Shown here: piece by piece, positions 27,567 through 38,194 of the stretch
Position numbering within the stretch: position 1 is the stretch's first letter
Layout: every line of letters begins with the position of its first letter
Assembly: GCA_019694335.1 (NCBI GenBank)
Contig: JAIBCD010000003.1
Coordinates: 16,113 to 80,112 of the forward strand
DNA length: 64,000 bases
Origin: Rhodospirillaceae bacterium
Lineage (GTDB): Bacteria > Pseudomonadota > Alphaproteobacteria > Rhodospirillales > Rhodospirillaceae
Reading direction: 5' to 3'
Position numbers and translations under genes: made by a program
Notes under the pieces: model-generated
Databases searched by the model: none
What the model was told of the DNA's origin: nothing
Seen by the model: only the letters and a program-made list of their open reading frames with translations

Positions 27567-28436
27567 ATGTTCACCCTGCGCTCCGATCTTCCCCTCCGCG
27601 GCGGCGGCTCCGGCCGCTTCGTCGCCTCGCTGGTGATGGTGCTGGTGTTCATCGCCGCCTTCGCGGTGACGCTGAGTTCCTATGTCGGCGTGTTGATCTC
27701 GGGCTGGGAGCGGGGCGTGAGCGGCACTCTCACCGTGCAGGTTCCCGCCGGGGAAAATTTCGACGCCGAGGTCGCCAAGACCCTCGATGTCCTTGCCCGC
27801 CATCCGGCGGTGGCCCACGCCAGCCTGGTGCCGCGCGCGCAGGTGGACGCACTGCTGAAACCTTGGATCGGCGAAGGCGCGGTCAAGGATCTCCCGCTGC
27901 CCGCGCTGATCGACGTGGAGATGCGGGACTCCGACCCGGCCGCGGTGGCGGCGGTCGACGCCTCGGTCAAAGCCGCGGCGCCGCGCGCCGTGATCGACGA
28001 GCACCGCGTCGGGCTCGCGCGCGTCGCCAGCTTCGCGCGCGGCCTGGGCGGCGTGGCGGCCGCGATCATCGTTCTGGTCACGGCGGCCCTGGCGGTGACG
28101 ATCATCTTCGCCACGCGCGCGAGCCTGACCGAATGCGCCCAGGTGATCGAGGTATTGCATGTGGTCGGCGCGAAGGACGGCTATGTCGCGGGACAGTTCG
28201 CGCGCCGCGCGTTGCTGCAAGCCGTCACCGGCGGTGTCGCGGGGCTGGCCTTGTACGCGCCCGCGCTGGGCATCGTGGCGGTGCTGGCGGCGCGGGTCGA
28301 TCCTGAGATCCTGCCGCCGGCCCATCTGCCTTTGGCGCACTGGCTGGCGCTGGCCTTGCTGCCGCCGGCGGCGGGCGTGCTCGCCATGCTGTCGGCCAAC
28401 ATCACCGTGCGCCGCACGCTCGCCGCCAAGATATAA
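27567..28436 (+). CDS. ftsX: Cell-division permease-like protein FtsX
   Basis: About 290 aa with 4-TM FtsX topology, immediately after ftsE. ATG at 27567, or alternatively TTG at 27561. Confidence 0.8.
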   Translation: MFTLRSDLPLRGGGSGRFVASLVMVLVFIAAFAVTLSSYVGVLISGWERGVSGTLTVQVPAGENFDAEVAKTLDVLARHPAVAHASLVPRAQVDALLKPWIGEGAVKDLPLPALIDVEMRDSDPAAVAAVDASVKAAAPRAVIDEHRVGLARVASFARGLGGVAAAIIVLVTAALAVTIIFATRASLTECAQVIEVLHVVGAKDGYVAGQFARRALLQAVTGGVAGLALYAPALGIVAVLAARVDPEILPPAHLPLAHWLALALLPPAAGVLAMLSANITVRRTLAAKI

Positions 28437-28483
28437 GATAAGCGGGCGAAGTATGATCTGCCGGTTTTTGCTATAGTCACATC

Positions 28484-29122
28484 ATGACCGACGCCGCTCC
28501 TTCACGCGCAGCGCAGACTCACGCCCTGATAGCGGGCGCGTTGACGTCGGCCGCTTGTGTGGTGATCGCGTGGCTGGGGGGGCTGTTGTGGTTCGCATCG
28601 ACTCTCCCCGCCGCGGTCGATGACGCCACGACGCACACCGACGCGATCGTGGTGCTGACCGGCGGCTCCGAGCGCATCGAGACCGGGCTCAAACTTCTGT
28701 CCACGGGCCTCGCCGACAGGCTGTTCGTCTCCGGCGTCGGCGAACAGGTCAAGGCCGGCAGCCTGGTCGCACGCGCCGACGCGTTGCCGCCGGACCTCGC
28801 CGCCAAGGTCGCGGTCGGATCCAGCGCCTACGACACGCCGGGCAACGCCACCGAGACCGCGGCCTGGGCGCAAGCACAGCATGTCGCCTCGATCCGCCTG
28901 GTGACCGCGGGCTATCACATGCGCCGCGCGCTCCTGGAATTCCACGCCGCCATGCCGGCGGTGCGCATCGTGCCGCACGCCGTGTTCCCGGCGGTGGTCA
29001 AAAGCGACTGGTGGCGCTGGCCCGGCACCGCCAGCCTGATCGCGCGCGAGTACACAAAATATGTGATCTCCTGGGCGCGTCAGAATCTCGGGCTCGCGCC
29101 GCGCGCGGCGGCGCGCCAATGA
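28484..29122 (+). CDS. DUF218 / YdcF-SanA family protein
   Basis: 212 aa with an N-terminal TM. Motifs are AIVVLTGGSERIETGL...LFVSGV and DTPGNATETAAW...VTAGYHMRRA. Confidence 0.7.
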   Translation: MTDAAPSRAAQTHALIAGALTSAACVVIAWLGGLLWFASTLPAAVDDATTHTDAIVVLTGGSERIETGLKLLSTGLADRLFVSGVGEQVKAGSLVARADALPPDLAAKVAVGSSAYDTPGNATETAAWAQAQHVASIRLVTAGYHMRRALLEFHAAMPAVRIVPHAVFPAVVKSDWWRWPGTASLIAREYTKYVISWARQNLGLAPRAAARQ

Positions 29123-29871
29123 CAAACCCCTTGGACGCCCGGCCCGGGCCGGTCACCTGGATACGTTCGGCGCTCTATGCGCTGGCGTTCTCCCTTTGGG
29201 CGGTGATCGCCTGCCTCGGGCTGCTGCCGTTCCTGATCCGCCGGGCGTGGACACCCACCGCGGTCCGCATCTGGAACACCGGCAACGTCGTACTGGCGCG
29301 GATCTTCGCCGGCGTCGGATGCCGCGTCGAAGGCCTCGAGCACCTGCCGGCGGAACCCTGCATCATCGCCTCGCAACACCAGTCGTCCTACGAGACCTTC
29401 CGCGTGTTCGTCGATCTGCGCGATCCGGTGCTGGTGCTGAAACAGGAGTTGATCCGCATCCCGTTCATCGGCTGGTACATGCTGCGCGGCGGCATGGTCA
29501 GTATCGATCGGGCGGGCGGTGCCGCCGCCATGCGCAAGACGATGCGCGCGACCAAGGCCGCGCTGGCGTCGGGCCGGCACGTGGTGATTTTCCCCGAAGG
29601 TACCCGCGCGCCGCCTGGCGTGGTGCTGCCGTTCCGGCCGGGGATCGCGGCGCTCTACCTGCATTGCAACGTACCGGTGATCCCGGTCGCCCTCGATTCG
29701 GGCTGGTTCTGGGGCAAGTTCCGCCTGCTCAAGCGGCCGGGCCACATCACCGTGCGCTTTCTGCCGCCGCTGCCACCCGGCCTCGGCAAGGACGAGATGC
29801 TGGAACGGCTGCATGCCGCGATCAGCGAGGCCTCACGGAGTCTGCCCGCGGGCGTCCCTCCGGCCGGTTAG
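29119..29871 (+). CDS. Lysophospholipid (1-acyl-sn-glycerol-3-phosphate) acyltransferase family
   Basis: Trimmed to MTNPLDA at 29119; the ATGA overlaps the DUF218 gene. It has block I SQHQSSYE and block III FPEGTR. Confidence 0.75.
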   Translation: MTNPLDARPGPVTWIRSALYALAFSLWAVIACLGLLPFLIRRAWTPTAVRIWNTGNVVLARIFAGVGCRVEGLEHLPAEPCIIASQHQSSYETFRVFVDLRDPVLVLKQELIRIPFIGWYMLRGGMVSIDRAGGAAAMRKTMRATKAALASGRHVVIFPEGTRAPPGVVLPFRPGIAALYLHCNVPVIPVALDSGWFWGKFRLLKRPGHITVRFLPPLPPGLGKDEMLERLHAAISEASRSLPAGVPPAG

Positions 29872-29976
29872 GCATGCGACTGTAAATTCCTGTACCTAAA
29901 TGATTTTTTAGGAACAGTGGGCAAGATTGCCTGCGCGGCTTATCTTAGCCGGTCCGGAACAAAACAGAAACTCTCG

Positions 29977-32280
29977 ATGCCCACTCAAATGAACGCGGGT
30001 GATCTTACGCCGTCCCCGATCGCACGGCAGATCTGGGACATGAAGTACCGCTTCAAGGACGCGGACGGCAGCCCGCGCGACCACACAGTCGCGGACACCT
30101 GGGCCCGTGTGGCCGAGGCCCTGGCCGCGGGCGAGAACAACCCCGCCCAGTGGCGCGCGCGCTTCATCGAGGCCCTCGCCGGTTACCGCTTCCTGCCCGC
30201 CGGCCGCATCCTGGCTGGCGCCGGCACCGGCCGGTCGGTGACGCTGCACAACTGTTTCGTCATGGGCACGATCGGCGACGACATGGGCGCCATCTTCGCG
30301 CATTTGCGCGAGGCGGCGCTGACCATGCAGCAGGGCGGCGGCATCGGCTACGACTTCTCGACCCTGCGCCCCAAGGGCGCACCGGTGAAAGGCGTCGGCG
30401 CCGACGCCTCGGGCCCGCTGTCCTTCATGGACGTGTGGGATGCCATGTGCCGCACCATCATGAGTGCCGGCAGCAGGCGCGGCGCGATGATGGCGACCCT
30501 GCGCTGCGATCATCCCGACATCGAGGATTTCATCACCGCCAAGCAGACCGCCGGCCGCCTGACCATGTTCAACATGTCGGTGCTGGCCACCGACCCCTTC
30601 ATGGCGGCCGTCAAGGCCGACCAGGATTGGCAACTCCAGTTCGGCGGCAAAGTCCACAAGACGGTCCGGGCCCGCGCGTTGTGGGATAAGATCATGCGCG
30701 CGACCTATGATGCCGCCGAGCCCGGCGTGATCTTCATCGACCGCATCAATGCCCGCAACAACCTGCACTACTGCGAAACCATCGCCGCCACCAATCCCTG
30801 CGGCGAGCAGCCGCTGCCGCCTTACGGCACCTGCCTCTTGGGCTCGGTCAATCTCGCACGCCTGGTGAAACAGCCGTTCACCGCGGCGGCCGAACTCGAC
30901 CTCGGCGCGCTTGGCGAGATCGTCAGCGTCGCCGTGCGCATGCTCGACAACGTCATCGAAGCCTCCAACTACCCTTTGCCGGAGCAGCGCGCGGAAGCGC
31001 TCGCGAAGCGCCGCATCGGCCTCGGCATCACCGGCCTCGCCGACGCGCTGATTATGTGCGGCAAACGCTACGGCGCACCCGACGCGGTCGCGATGACGCG
31101 CACCTGGATGGCGGCGTTCCGCGATGCCGCCTATGGCGCTTCGGTCGACCTGGCCGCCGAGAAAGGGCCGTTTCCGCTGTTCGACGCCAAGCCCTACCTC
31201 GCCGGCGCGACCGTCGCCGCGCTGCCGGAAACCCTGCGCGCGCGCATCGCCAAGCACGGCATCCGCAACGCGCTGATCACCTCGATCGCGCCCACCGGCA
31301 CCATCTCATTGTTCGCCGATAACGTGTCTTCCGGCCTGGAGCCGGTGTTCAGCTTCGACTACACGCGCCATGTGCTGATGCCCGACCAGACCCGCCGCGA
31401 GGAGCAGGTCAGCGATTATGCCTGGCGGCTGTTCCGCGCGCTGAAGGGCGACGCCGCGCCGCTGCCCGACTATTTCGTCGATGCCCAGAGCCTTCAGCCC
31501 GCCGATCACCTCGCGATGCAGGCCGCGATCCAGGACTACATCGACAGTTCCATTTCCAAGACCATCAACGTGCCCGAGGATTTCCCGTTCGCGGCGTTCA
31601 CGGACGTGTACATGCAGGCCTACGACCAGGGCTGCAAAGGCTGCACCACCTACCGCCCGAGCCCGGCGCGCGGTGCGGTGCTGGAAGTGAAGAAGGCTGC
31701 AAAGCCGGCCGCGCCGCTCCTGGAAGAGGCGGCGCCGGAAGCCCGGCCTGAAACCCTGCCCGGCCAGACCTACAAGCTGCGCTGGCCCGAGAGCGACCAC
31801 GCCATCTACATCACCATCAACGACATCCCGGTTCACGACGCCAACGGCGCCCTCGTCGGCCGGCGCCCGTTCGAGGTGTTCATCAATTCCAAGAACATGG
31901 AGCACTACGCCTGGACGGTCGCGTTGACACGCATGATCTCGGCGGTGTTCCGCCGCGGCGGCGATGTGGGTTTCGTGGTCGAGGAATTGAAGGCGGTGTT
32001 CGATCCGCGCGGCGGCCAGTGGATGGAGGGCCGCTACGTGCCGTCCCTGTTGGCGGCCATCGGCGATGTGATCGAGCGCCACATGCAGGACACCGGCTTC
32101 CTCAAAGCTGAGCACCCCGTCCGCGCTGAGGTTGGGGGCAAGATCGTCAGCCTCAACACCGGTCGCGAAGCGGGCCGCGACCGCCGTTTCCGCGCCTGCC
32201 CGCGCTGCGGCACCCATGCGCTGACCCGCCAGGAAGGTTGCGACAGCTGCACCAGTTGCGGCTATTCCAAATGCAGCTAA
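29977..32280 (+). CDS. nrdJ: Class II (adenosylcobalamin-dependent) ribonucleotide reductase
   Basis: Trimmed to MPTQMNAGD at 29977. The active-site region is NPCGEQPLPPYGTCLLGS, and the C-terminal Cys-rich tail is CPRCG...CDSCTSCGYSKC. Confidence 0.85.
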   Translation: MPTQMNAGDLTPSPIARQIWDMKYRFKDADGSPRDHTVADTWARVAEALAAGENNPAQWRARFIEALAGYRFLPAGRILAGAGTGRSVTLHNCFVMGTIGDDMGAIFAHLREAALTMQQGGGIGYDFSTLRPKGAPVKGVGADASGPLSFMDVWDAMCRTIMSAGSRRGAMMATLRCDHPDIEDFITAKQTAGRLTMFNMSVLATDPFMAAVKADQDWQLQFGGKVHKTVRARALWDKIMRATYDAAEPGVIFIDRINARNNLHYCETIAATNPCGEQPLPPYGTCLLGSVNLARLVKQPFTAAAELDLGALGEIVSVAVRMLDNVIEASNYPLPEQRAEALAKRRIGLGITGLADALIMCGKRYGAPDAVAMTRTWMAAFRDAAYGASVDLAAEKGPFPLFDAKPYLAGATVAALPETLRARIAKHGIRNALITSIAPTGTISLFADNVSSGLEPVFSFDYTRHVLMPDQTRREEQVSDYAWRLFRALKGDAAPLPDYFVDAQSLQPADHLAMQAAIQDYIDSSISKTINVPEDFPFAAFTDVYMQAYDQGCKGCTTYRPSPARGAVLEVKKAAKPAAPLLEEAAPEARPETLPGQTYKLRWPESDHAIYITINDIPVHDANGALVGRRPFEVFINSKNMEHYAWTVALTRMISAVFRRGGDVGFVVEELKAVFDPRGGQWMEGRYVPSLLAAIGDVIERHMQDTGFLKAEHPVRAEVGGKIVSLNTGREAGRDRRFRACPRCGTHALTRQEGCDSCTSCGYSKCS

Positions 32281-32352
32281 CCGGCTGGATATGAAATAGA
32301 TTTATCGGGTTCGCGACGGCCGGAAAATGCCCCTGCCCGCCCTTCCGAATCT

Positions 32353-33432
32353 TTGCGAGAGTCCTCCCGCGCCGGGGGAATACACGTCAGCCAGCACCGG
32401 CGCAGCGAGGATCTCATTTCCACCGTTGTTCGACATCGCGGATCTCATCCGCGCGCCGCGGCCCAGCCGCCGCGCGACGGCAAGGCGTTGGTGCGCGCAC
32501 GCGCGGCCGCCGGCAAAGCCCTGCCCGCGCCGCCGGTCTGGCACGGGGTGGCGGCGGTATCGCTGAACCGCGACGCAGGACTGGACCGCACCATCGCCGC
32601 GGTGGTGAAAAACTGCCGCGATCACTGGCGGGCCAATGTCGCCGCGGCGGCGGATGGCGGCGATCCCGAAGGTATCCACCAGGTGCGCGTGGCGCTCCGC
32701 CGCCTGCGCTCAGCGCTCGGCCTGTTCAAACATCATATCCCGCGCGCGCAACGCACCGTCCTGGCCCAGGAAGCCAAGTGGCTGCTGGGCGAATTGGGCG
32801 CGGTGCGCGACCTCGATGTCTTCATCAACGTGCTGGCCGCGGATTTCACGCCGCGCGTCGCCCGGGACGAGGGCTTCGCCCATTTGATTCGTCACGCGCG
32901 CCTCCGGCGCGACGCGGCGCAAGCCAGCGCCGCCTCCGCCCTTTCGAGCGCGCGCGCCCGCCGCTTCGCCGCCCGTCTCGACACCTGGCTGGAAGGTCAC
33001 GGCTGGTGCAGCGAAAAAACCGCCGCCGATGCCGCGGATTTCGCGCGCCACGCCCTCAATCGCCGCCTGCGCAAGATCAAGGGCGCCGCCGCGGGCATCG
33101 CCAAGCTGCCGGTCCCCGAACGTCACGAGTTGCGGATTGCGGTGAAAAAAGCCCGCTACGGCATCGAGTTCTTCCACGATCTCCTGCCGCAGAAGCACGC
33201 CCAACGCTGGGCCACCGCGCTCAAGTATGTCCAGGACAGCCTGGGCCACATGAACGACCTCGACGTCGCCGAACGCACCATCGAACGGCTGGCGGGCCCG
33301 CCGGCCGAGGCCAACCGCAGGCTCGCCGACGCCGCGCGCGACATTCGCCGCATGCACAAGAAAGCCGCCCGCGACGCGGAGCCCTATATTCGCAAGAAGT
33401 GCAAACGCCTCGCGCGAATCGCGCTTTTCTAA
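32353..33432 (+). CDS. CHAD domain protein
   Basis: It has repeated CHAD helices: IHQVRVALRRLRSAL, LGAVRDLDVF, LRIAVKKARYGIEFF and LGHMNDLDV. The start is uncertain; the track start is TTG. Confidence 0.65.
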   Translation: MRESSRAGGIHVSQHRRSEDLISTVVRHRGSHPRAAAQPPRDGKALVRARAAAGKALPAPPVWHGVAAVSLNRDAGLDRTIAAVVKNCRDHWRANVAAAADGGDPEGIHQVRVALRRLRSALGLFKHHIPRAQRTVLAQEAKWLLGELGAVRDLDVFINVLAADFTPRVARDEGFAHLIRHARLRRDAAQASAASALSSARARRFAARLDTWLEGHGWCSEKTAADAADFARHALNRRLRKIKGAAAGIAKLPVPERHELRIAVKKARYGIEFFHDLLPQKHAQRWATALKYVQDSLGHMNDLDVAERTIERLAGPPAEANRRLADAARDIRRMHKKAARDAEPYIRKKCKRLARIALF

Positions 33433-33452
33433 AGAGCGGTGAATCGCGCGCT

Positions 33453-33932
33453 CTAATCCGGCAGCGGCGCCTGCGCGGCCGGCTCCAGCGGCAGCGCGGT
33501 GGTGTACTTGATCTCCTCCATCACGAACGTCGAGCTGACGTCGCTCAAGGACACGCGCTTGATCAGGCGCTTATAGAAAGTGTCATAGGCATCCATGTCC
33601 TTGACCACCACGCGCAGGAGATAATCGATGTCGCCCGCCATGCGCCAGATCGCGGTGATCTCGGGCATGTCCTTCACCGCGCGGGCGAACTTCTGCAACC
33701 AGATGTCGTCGTGCTGGCTGGTGCGGATGATCACGAACACCGTCAGGCCGAGATTGAGGCGCTTGGCGTCGAGCAGCGCCACCCGCGCCTTGATCACGCC
33801 CGCCTGTTCCATTTTCTGAATCCGCTTCCAGCATGGGGTCTGGGACAGGCCGACCTTGGCGGCGATGTCGGCGATGGACAGGCCGGCATTGCTTTGCAGC
33901 AAGCCGAGAATCTTGCGGTCGATGGGATCCAA
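33453..33932 (-). CDS. Lrp/AsnC-family transcriptional regulator
   Basis: 159 aa, MDPIDRKILGLLQSNAGLSIADIAAKVGLSQTPCWKRIQKME..., plus a C-terminal RAM/AsnC_trans_reg domain. Confidence 0.85.
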   Translation of the reverse strand: MDPIDRKILGLLQSNAGLSIADIAAKVGLSQTPCWKRIQKMEQAGVIKARVALLDAKRLNLGLTVFVIIRTSQHDDIWLQKFARAVKDMPEITAIWRMAGDIDYLLRVVVKDMDAYDTFYKRLIKRVSLSDVSSTFVMEEIKYTTALPLEPAAQAPLPD

Positions 33933-34224
33933 GCGCGGTCTCCTTAAGTGCGGGGCGGCGGTTGCGCGGGCGCGCGGGCCACCCTACATGGCGGATGCCG
34001 TGACGACCGGGATCCGGCCTCTCGCCGAGTCCTCCGGTTTTGGGAGGCGATGGCCGGAACGCGCGGATTTATAGAATATTTTCCTCCCGACGCCAGTCCT
34101 TGTCTAGGTCGGTGGATTTTTATTCCCTTTGCGGAGGCCTGGTGCTATGGGGCATGTGACTCGGACTTCGCCCGGCCGCAACCGCCGTCCCGCGAAGCAA
34201 TTGTTGAGGGGCTAGAGACACATC

Positions 34225-34932
34225 ATGGGCGCGCCGTCCCTTCTGGACTCCATCAAGGCCCGCGACCCGGCGGCACGCTCCCTTTGGGAGATCGCGCTGC
34301 TGTACCCCGGCGTGCGCGCGCTGTTCTTTCACCGCATCGCCCATGCCTTCTGGCGCACGGGCCTGACTTTCCTGGGGCGCCTGGTGTCCGAGCTCGGGCG
34401 CTGGCTTTCAGGAATCGAGATCCACCCCGGCGCCACCATCGGCAAACGCCTGTTCATCGACCACGGCACCGGCGTGGTGATCGGCGAAACCGCCATCATC
34501 GGCAATGACGTGACGCTGTATCACGGCGTCACCCTGGGTGGCGTCGCGGTCAACGCCGTGACCGGGCGCCGCCATCCGATCGTGGAAGACAATGTCATCA
34601 TCGGCGCGGGCGCCCAGGTGCTGGGCGCCATCACCGTCAGCCGCGACGCCCGCGTCGGCGCCAACGCCGTGGTGGTCAAGGACGTGCCGCCCGGGGTCAC
34701 CGTGGTCGGCATCCCGGCGCAGGTCGCCTTGCCGCGCGCCAAGACCCAAACCTTCGTCCCGTACGGATCACCCTGTGACGACCTGCCGGATCCGACCTCG
34801 CGCGCCATCTGCGGCCTGCTCAATGAGGTCGAGGCCCTGCGCCGGCGTGTCGCCCAGCTGGAAGCGGAGCGCGAAAGCGCCGTGCCCGGATGGAAACAGG
34901 AAGAACCGCGCCCCGCCAAGCTCGGATCCTAG
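34225..34932 (+). CDS. cysE: Serine O-acetyltransferase
   Basis: 235 aa with the SATase N-terminus and hexapeptide repeats [41 protein letters not shown]. Confidence 0.85.
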   Translation: MGAPSLLDSIKARDPAARSLWEIALLYPGVRALFFHRIAHAFWRTGLTFLGRLVSELGRWLSGIEIHPGATIGKRLFIDHGTGVVIGETAIIGNDVTLYHGVTLGGVAVNAVTGRRHPIVEDNVIIGAGAQVLGAITVSRDARVGANAVVVKDVPPGVTVVGIPAQVALPRAKTQTFVPYGSPCDDLPDPTSRAICGLLNEVEALRRRVAQLEAERESAVPGWKQEEPRPAKLGS

Positions 34933-35086
34933 CCCACCTCCGCCTTTCGCGAAAACGGCCATCTAAACGATTTCGCGCTTCCTGCGAGGGTTGCCTGCCG
35001 CGGCATTTGCTCTCACGGGGAGTTTCGCCCCATTCTTTGAGTGTGATCGTGTTTAACTGGACAGAATCCCAGCTCAAAGGACGGCC

Positions 35087-36901
35087 ATGGAATTCCTAGC
35101 CCAAGCCGCGGTGTTCTTCGGCGCAGCCGTGATCATCGTGCCGATCTTCCGCCGCCTCGGCCTGGGCGCGGTGCTCGGGTATCTCGCGGCCGGCGCCATG
35201 ATCGGGCCGTTCGGCCTGAAACTGTTCACCGACGTTGCCACCATCATGCACACCGCCGAACTCGGTGTCGTGCTGCTGCTGTTCATCATCGGTCTGGAAC
35301 TGCAGCCGTCGCGCCTGTGGACCATGCGCGCCAAGGTATTTGGCCTGGGCGGCGCGCAAGTCGTACTGACCGGGGCCGCGATCACCGCCGCGGCCATGGT
35401 TTTCGGCTTGGGCTTCCGCACTGCCATCGTCGCAGGCATCAGCCTGGCGTTCTCCTCGACCGCGTTCGTTCTGCAGACCTTGGCCGAACGCGGCGAACTC
35501 AAGGACCGGCACGGGCGCGCGGCCTTCGCCATCCTGTTGTTCCAGGATCTCGCGGCCATCCCGATGCTGGCGATCGTGCCGTTGCTGGGCGCCGGCTACG
35601 CGGTCGCCAGCGTTTCGTCGATCGTCATCAGCGTCACCAAGATCGTCGCGATGCTGACGGCGGTGGTGATCGGCGGCAACTATCTGTTGCGGCCGGTCCT
35701 GCGCAGCGTCGCCAAGACCCGCACGCCCGAGCTGTTCACCGCCACCGCGCTGCTGATCGTGGCCGGCACCGCGCTCCTGATGGATTCGGTCGGCATCTCC
35801 ATGGCGCTGGGCGCGTTCCTCGCCGGCGTCCTGCTCGCCAACTCCGAATACCGGCACGAACTGGAGGCCGACATCGAGCCGTTCAAGGGCCTGCTGCTCG
35901 GGCTGTTCTTCATGTCGGTCGGCATGGGCCTCAATCTCGCGCTCCTGCGCACCCAGTTCGGCGCGATCGTGCTGCTGGTGCTGGGCCTCATGGCCCTCAA
36001 GGCGGCGGTGCTGTTCGGACTGGGCAAGGCGCAGGACATGAACACCCACAGCGCCAAGAGCCTCGCGATGGCGCTGCCGCAAGGCGGGGAGTTCGCCTTC
36101 GTCATCTTCACCGCCGCGGCCGCCGCCGGCCTCATGAGCAACGACCTGGAACAGCTCCTGGTGCTGGTGGTCAGCTTGTCGATGGCGGGAACGCCGATCC
36201 TGAGCCTGATCAACGACCTGATGACGCGCGGCTTCGTGGCGCCGCCGAGCGAGCCCTACAATGTCGCGCCGCCGGACGAACGCCCCGTCATCATCGCCGG
36301 CTTCGGGCGATTCGGGCAGATCGTCGGGCGCGTCCTGGCGGCCAAGAAAATTCCGTTCACCGCACTGGACGTCAGCGCCGAGCATGTCGATTTCGTGCGC
36401 CAATTCGGCGCCGAGATCTACTACGGCGACGCGTCGCGGCTCGATCTTCTGCGCGCGGCCAAAGCCGACAAGGCCAAGATCCTGGTGCTGGCGGTCGACG
36501 ACGTGGAAGCCTCCTTGCGCACCGCCGAATCGGTGCGCCGGCATTTTCCCCACATCACCGTGGTCGCGCGGGCGCGCAACCGTCAACACGCCTACCGCCT
36601 GATGGACCTGGGCGTCACCTTGCTCAGGCGCGAGACTTTCCTGTCGTCGCTGGATGTGGCGCGCCAGGTGCTGATCGGGTTGGGGATGCGGCCGAAAGAC
36701 GCCGAGCGCACCGTGCGCAGCTTCCAGGCGCACGACGAGAAGCGCCTGTTCGAGCATCACAACTATTACACCGATCAGGACAAGATGAAGTCCCTGGCCA
36801 AGGACTCCGCCAAGGAGCTCGAGGAAATGTTCGCCCGCGACGCCGCCGAGCAAGCCGCCAGCCAGATCCCCGACGACGACGGCCGCCAGCAGGCGGCCTA
36901 G
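35087..36901 (+). CDS. CPA2-family K+/H+ antiporter with RCK domain (KefB/KefC-like)
   Basis: 604 aa with Na_H exchanger TM domain plus TrkA-N Rossmann VIIAGFGRFGQ. Confidence 0.85.
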   Translation: MEFLAQAAVFFGAAVIIVPIFRRLGLGAVLGYLAAGAMIGPFGLKLFTDVATIMHTAELGVVLLLFIIGLELQPSRLWTMRAKVFGLGGAQVVLTGAAITAAAMVFGLGFRTAIVAGISLAFSSTAFVLQTLAERGELKDRHGRAAFAILLFQDLAAIPMLAIVPLLGAGYAVASVSSIVISVTKIVAMLTAVVIGGNYLLRPVLRSVAKTRTPELFTATALLIVAGTALLMDSVGISMALGAFLAGVLLANSEYRHELEADIEPFKGLLLGLFFMSVGMGLNLALLRTQFGAIVLLVLGLMALKAAVLFGLGKAQDMNTHSAKSLAMALPQGGEFAFVIFTAAAAAGLMSNDLEQLLVLVVSLSMAGTPILSLINDLMTRGFVAPPSEPYNVAPPDERPVIIAGFGRFGQIVGRVLAAKKIPFTALDVSAEHVDFVRQFGAEIYYGDASRLDLLRAAKADKAKILVLAVDDVEASLRTAESVRRHFPHITVVARARNRQHAYRLMDLGVTLLRRETFLSSLDVARQVLIGLGMRPKDAERTVRSFQAHDEKRLFEHHNYYTDQDKMKSLAKDSAKELEEMFARDAAEQAASQIPDDDGRQQAA

Positions 36902-37770
36902 GCGGCGGGCGGCGGCGCCAACGACAACACCACGGCCGCTCCGACGATCAGGATCAGGAGGACAAACTCCGCCGCGATGCTGGTGCGTAAATGCCGTGAC
37001 GCCGGCACATTCCCCTCCGCGAGCGCGGGCGTGAGCACGATCTTGTTGTAGACCGCCAGGGCGATGACCAGCGCGGCCAGCGCCACTTTCACGGCCAGCC
37101 GCAACCCGTAGTCCGTGGTGAGCAGCGCGTCCCAGGATCCGACATGCATAACGGCCAGAACCAGACCGCTCGCCACGATCGCGCCCACCGCATAGACCGC
37201 ACGCATTGAAAACGCCGCCACCACGGCCCAGGCCTCGGCCGGCGCCAGCACCTTTAAGCAGCGTACCAATGGCGCCAGAGCGCCAAGCCAGAACGCGGCG
37301 CCGAGAATGTGCAAGGCATATGCGGGCGCGCTCACCCAGCGTGGCGCGGCCACAACCGGATGACCCGTGACCAGGAAACTCAAGACACACAGTATCGCGC
37401 CGGCGGGAACGATGACCCTCTGGCGTGCCACCGGCCGCGCGAACCCGAGCAGCAGGATGACCATTGCCGGCACGCCGAAGCCGGCGCTGTCCTTCAGCGT
37501 CGTGCTCAAACCGATTTCCCAGGCACGCGCGGTGAAGGGACCGCTTTCAAGCAGGCTGGCCCCGATCAGGCCCACGGCCAGGAGATAACAGAGTGCCGCC
37601 ACAACGCCGGCGCACCGGCCTACGACACGAATCAGATCCTGCGCCGGCGGCGGCGTGCGCACCCACAGCCCGAACAACCCCGAGCCCGTGGCCAGGAGCG
37701 CGGCGCCATAGAGCAGCCATTGATTGATCGCGGCGGCCAACGCCCAGCCGGTTGGCGCGACGCCGGCCAT
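36898..37770 (-). CDS. copD: Copper resistance protein D family membrane protein
   Basis: 290 aa and polytopic, directly downstream of copC (3-nt gap). Confidence 0.65.
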   Translation of the reverse strand: MAGVAPTGWALAAAINQWLLYGAALLATGSGLFGLWVRTPPPAQDLIRVVGRCAGVVAALCYLLAVGLIGASLLESGPFTARAWEIGLSTTLKDSAGFGVPAMVILLLGFARPVARQRVIVPAGAILCVLSFLVTGHPVVAAPRWVSAPAYALHILGAAFWLGALAPLVRCLKVLAPAEAWAVVAAFSMRAVYAVGAIVASGLVLAVMHVGSWDALLTTDYGLRLAVKVALAALVIALAVYNKIVLTPALAEGNVPASRHLRTSIAAEFVLLILIVGAAVVLSLAPPPAA

Positions 37771-37773
37771 GAA

Positions 37774-38133
37774 TCAGGGGCCGGCGACGATGAACGTCAG
37801 GGTGCCGTTGACCGCATGGGTATCGGCGCCGGCGACGCGGTAAGTGAAGGTGTAGTGCCCGGGCGCAAGCTTCGCCGTCACCGGCACATGGAGCGCGGCT
37901 CCGTCGGCCCGCGCGGCGCCGAGAGATTTCACTTCGTGTCCGTCCTGATCGGCGAGGATCACGATGGCCGGGGTTACGGCCTCGCTGAAAGTCAGAACGA
38001 TTTCCGCCGGTGACGCACCGCTGGCGTCCTTGGCGGGCATCGACGACTGCAGCTTGGCGTGGGCAAAGGCGGCGGTCGCCACACCGAACGCGGCCAGGCC
38101 CGCGAGCGCGCCAAGAACGATCCGTCTGACCAT
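37774..38133 (-). CDS. copC: CopC-family periplasmic copper-binding protein
   Basis: Trimmed to MVRRIVLGAL at 38133. The signal peptide ends ...AAFA|HAKLQSSMPA, giving an N-terminal His after cleavage as in CopC. Confidence 0.75.
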   Translation of the reverse strand: MVRRIVLGALAGLAAFGVATAAFAHAKLQSSMPAKDASGASPAEIVLTFSEAVTPAIVILADQDGHEVKSLGAARADGAALHVPVTAKLAPGHYTFTYRVAGADTHAVNGTLTFIVAGP

Positions 38134-38194
38134 GGTTGCCTCCCCGGTTGCGAGGGGTGCAGAGTAACGCAACGCGCCGCGGCCGCGAAGGCCC

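Noticed and set aside
29872-29976. Cobalamin riboswitch upstream of nrdJ (and upstream of the PduO-type adenosyltransferase at 11985-12138)
   Set aside because: The spacers are too short (about 105 and 154 nt) for a B12 aptamer plus expression platform, and no B12-box-like sequence is seen.
35096-37390. 764-aa minus-strand ORF spanning kefB/C and copD
   Set aside because: It is antisense to a clear CPA2 antiporter frame and runs across a gene boundary, with shadow-ORF composition (R/G/A/D/H-rich).
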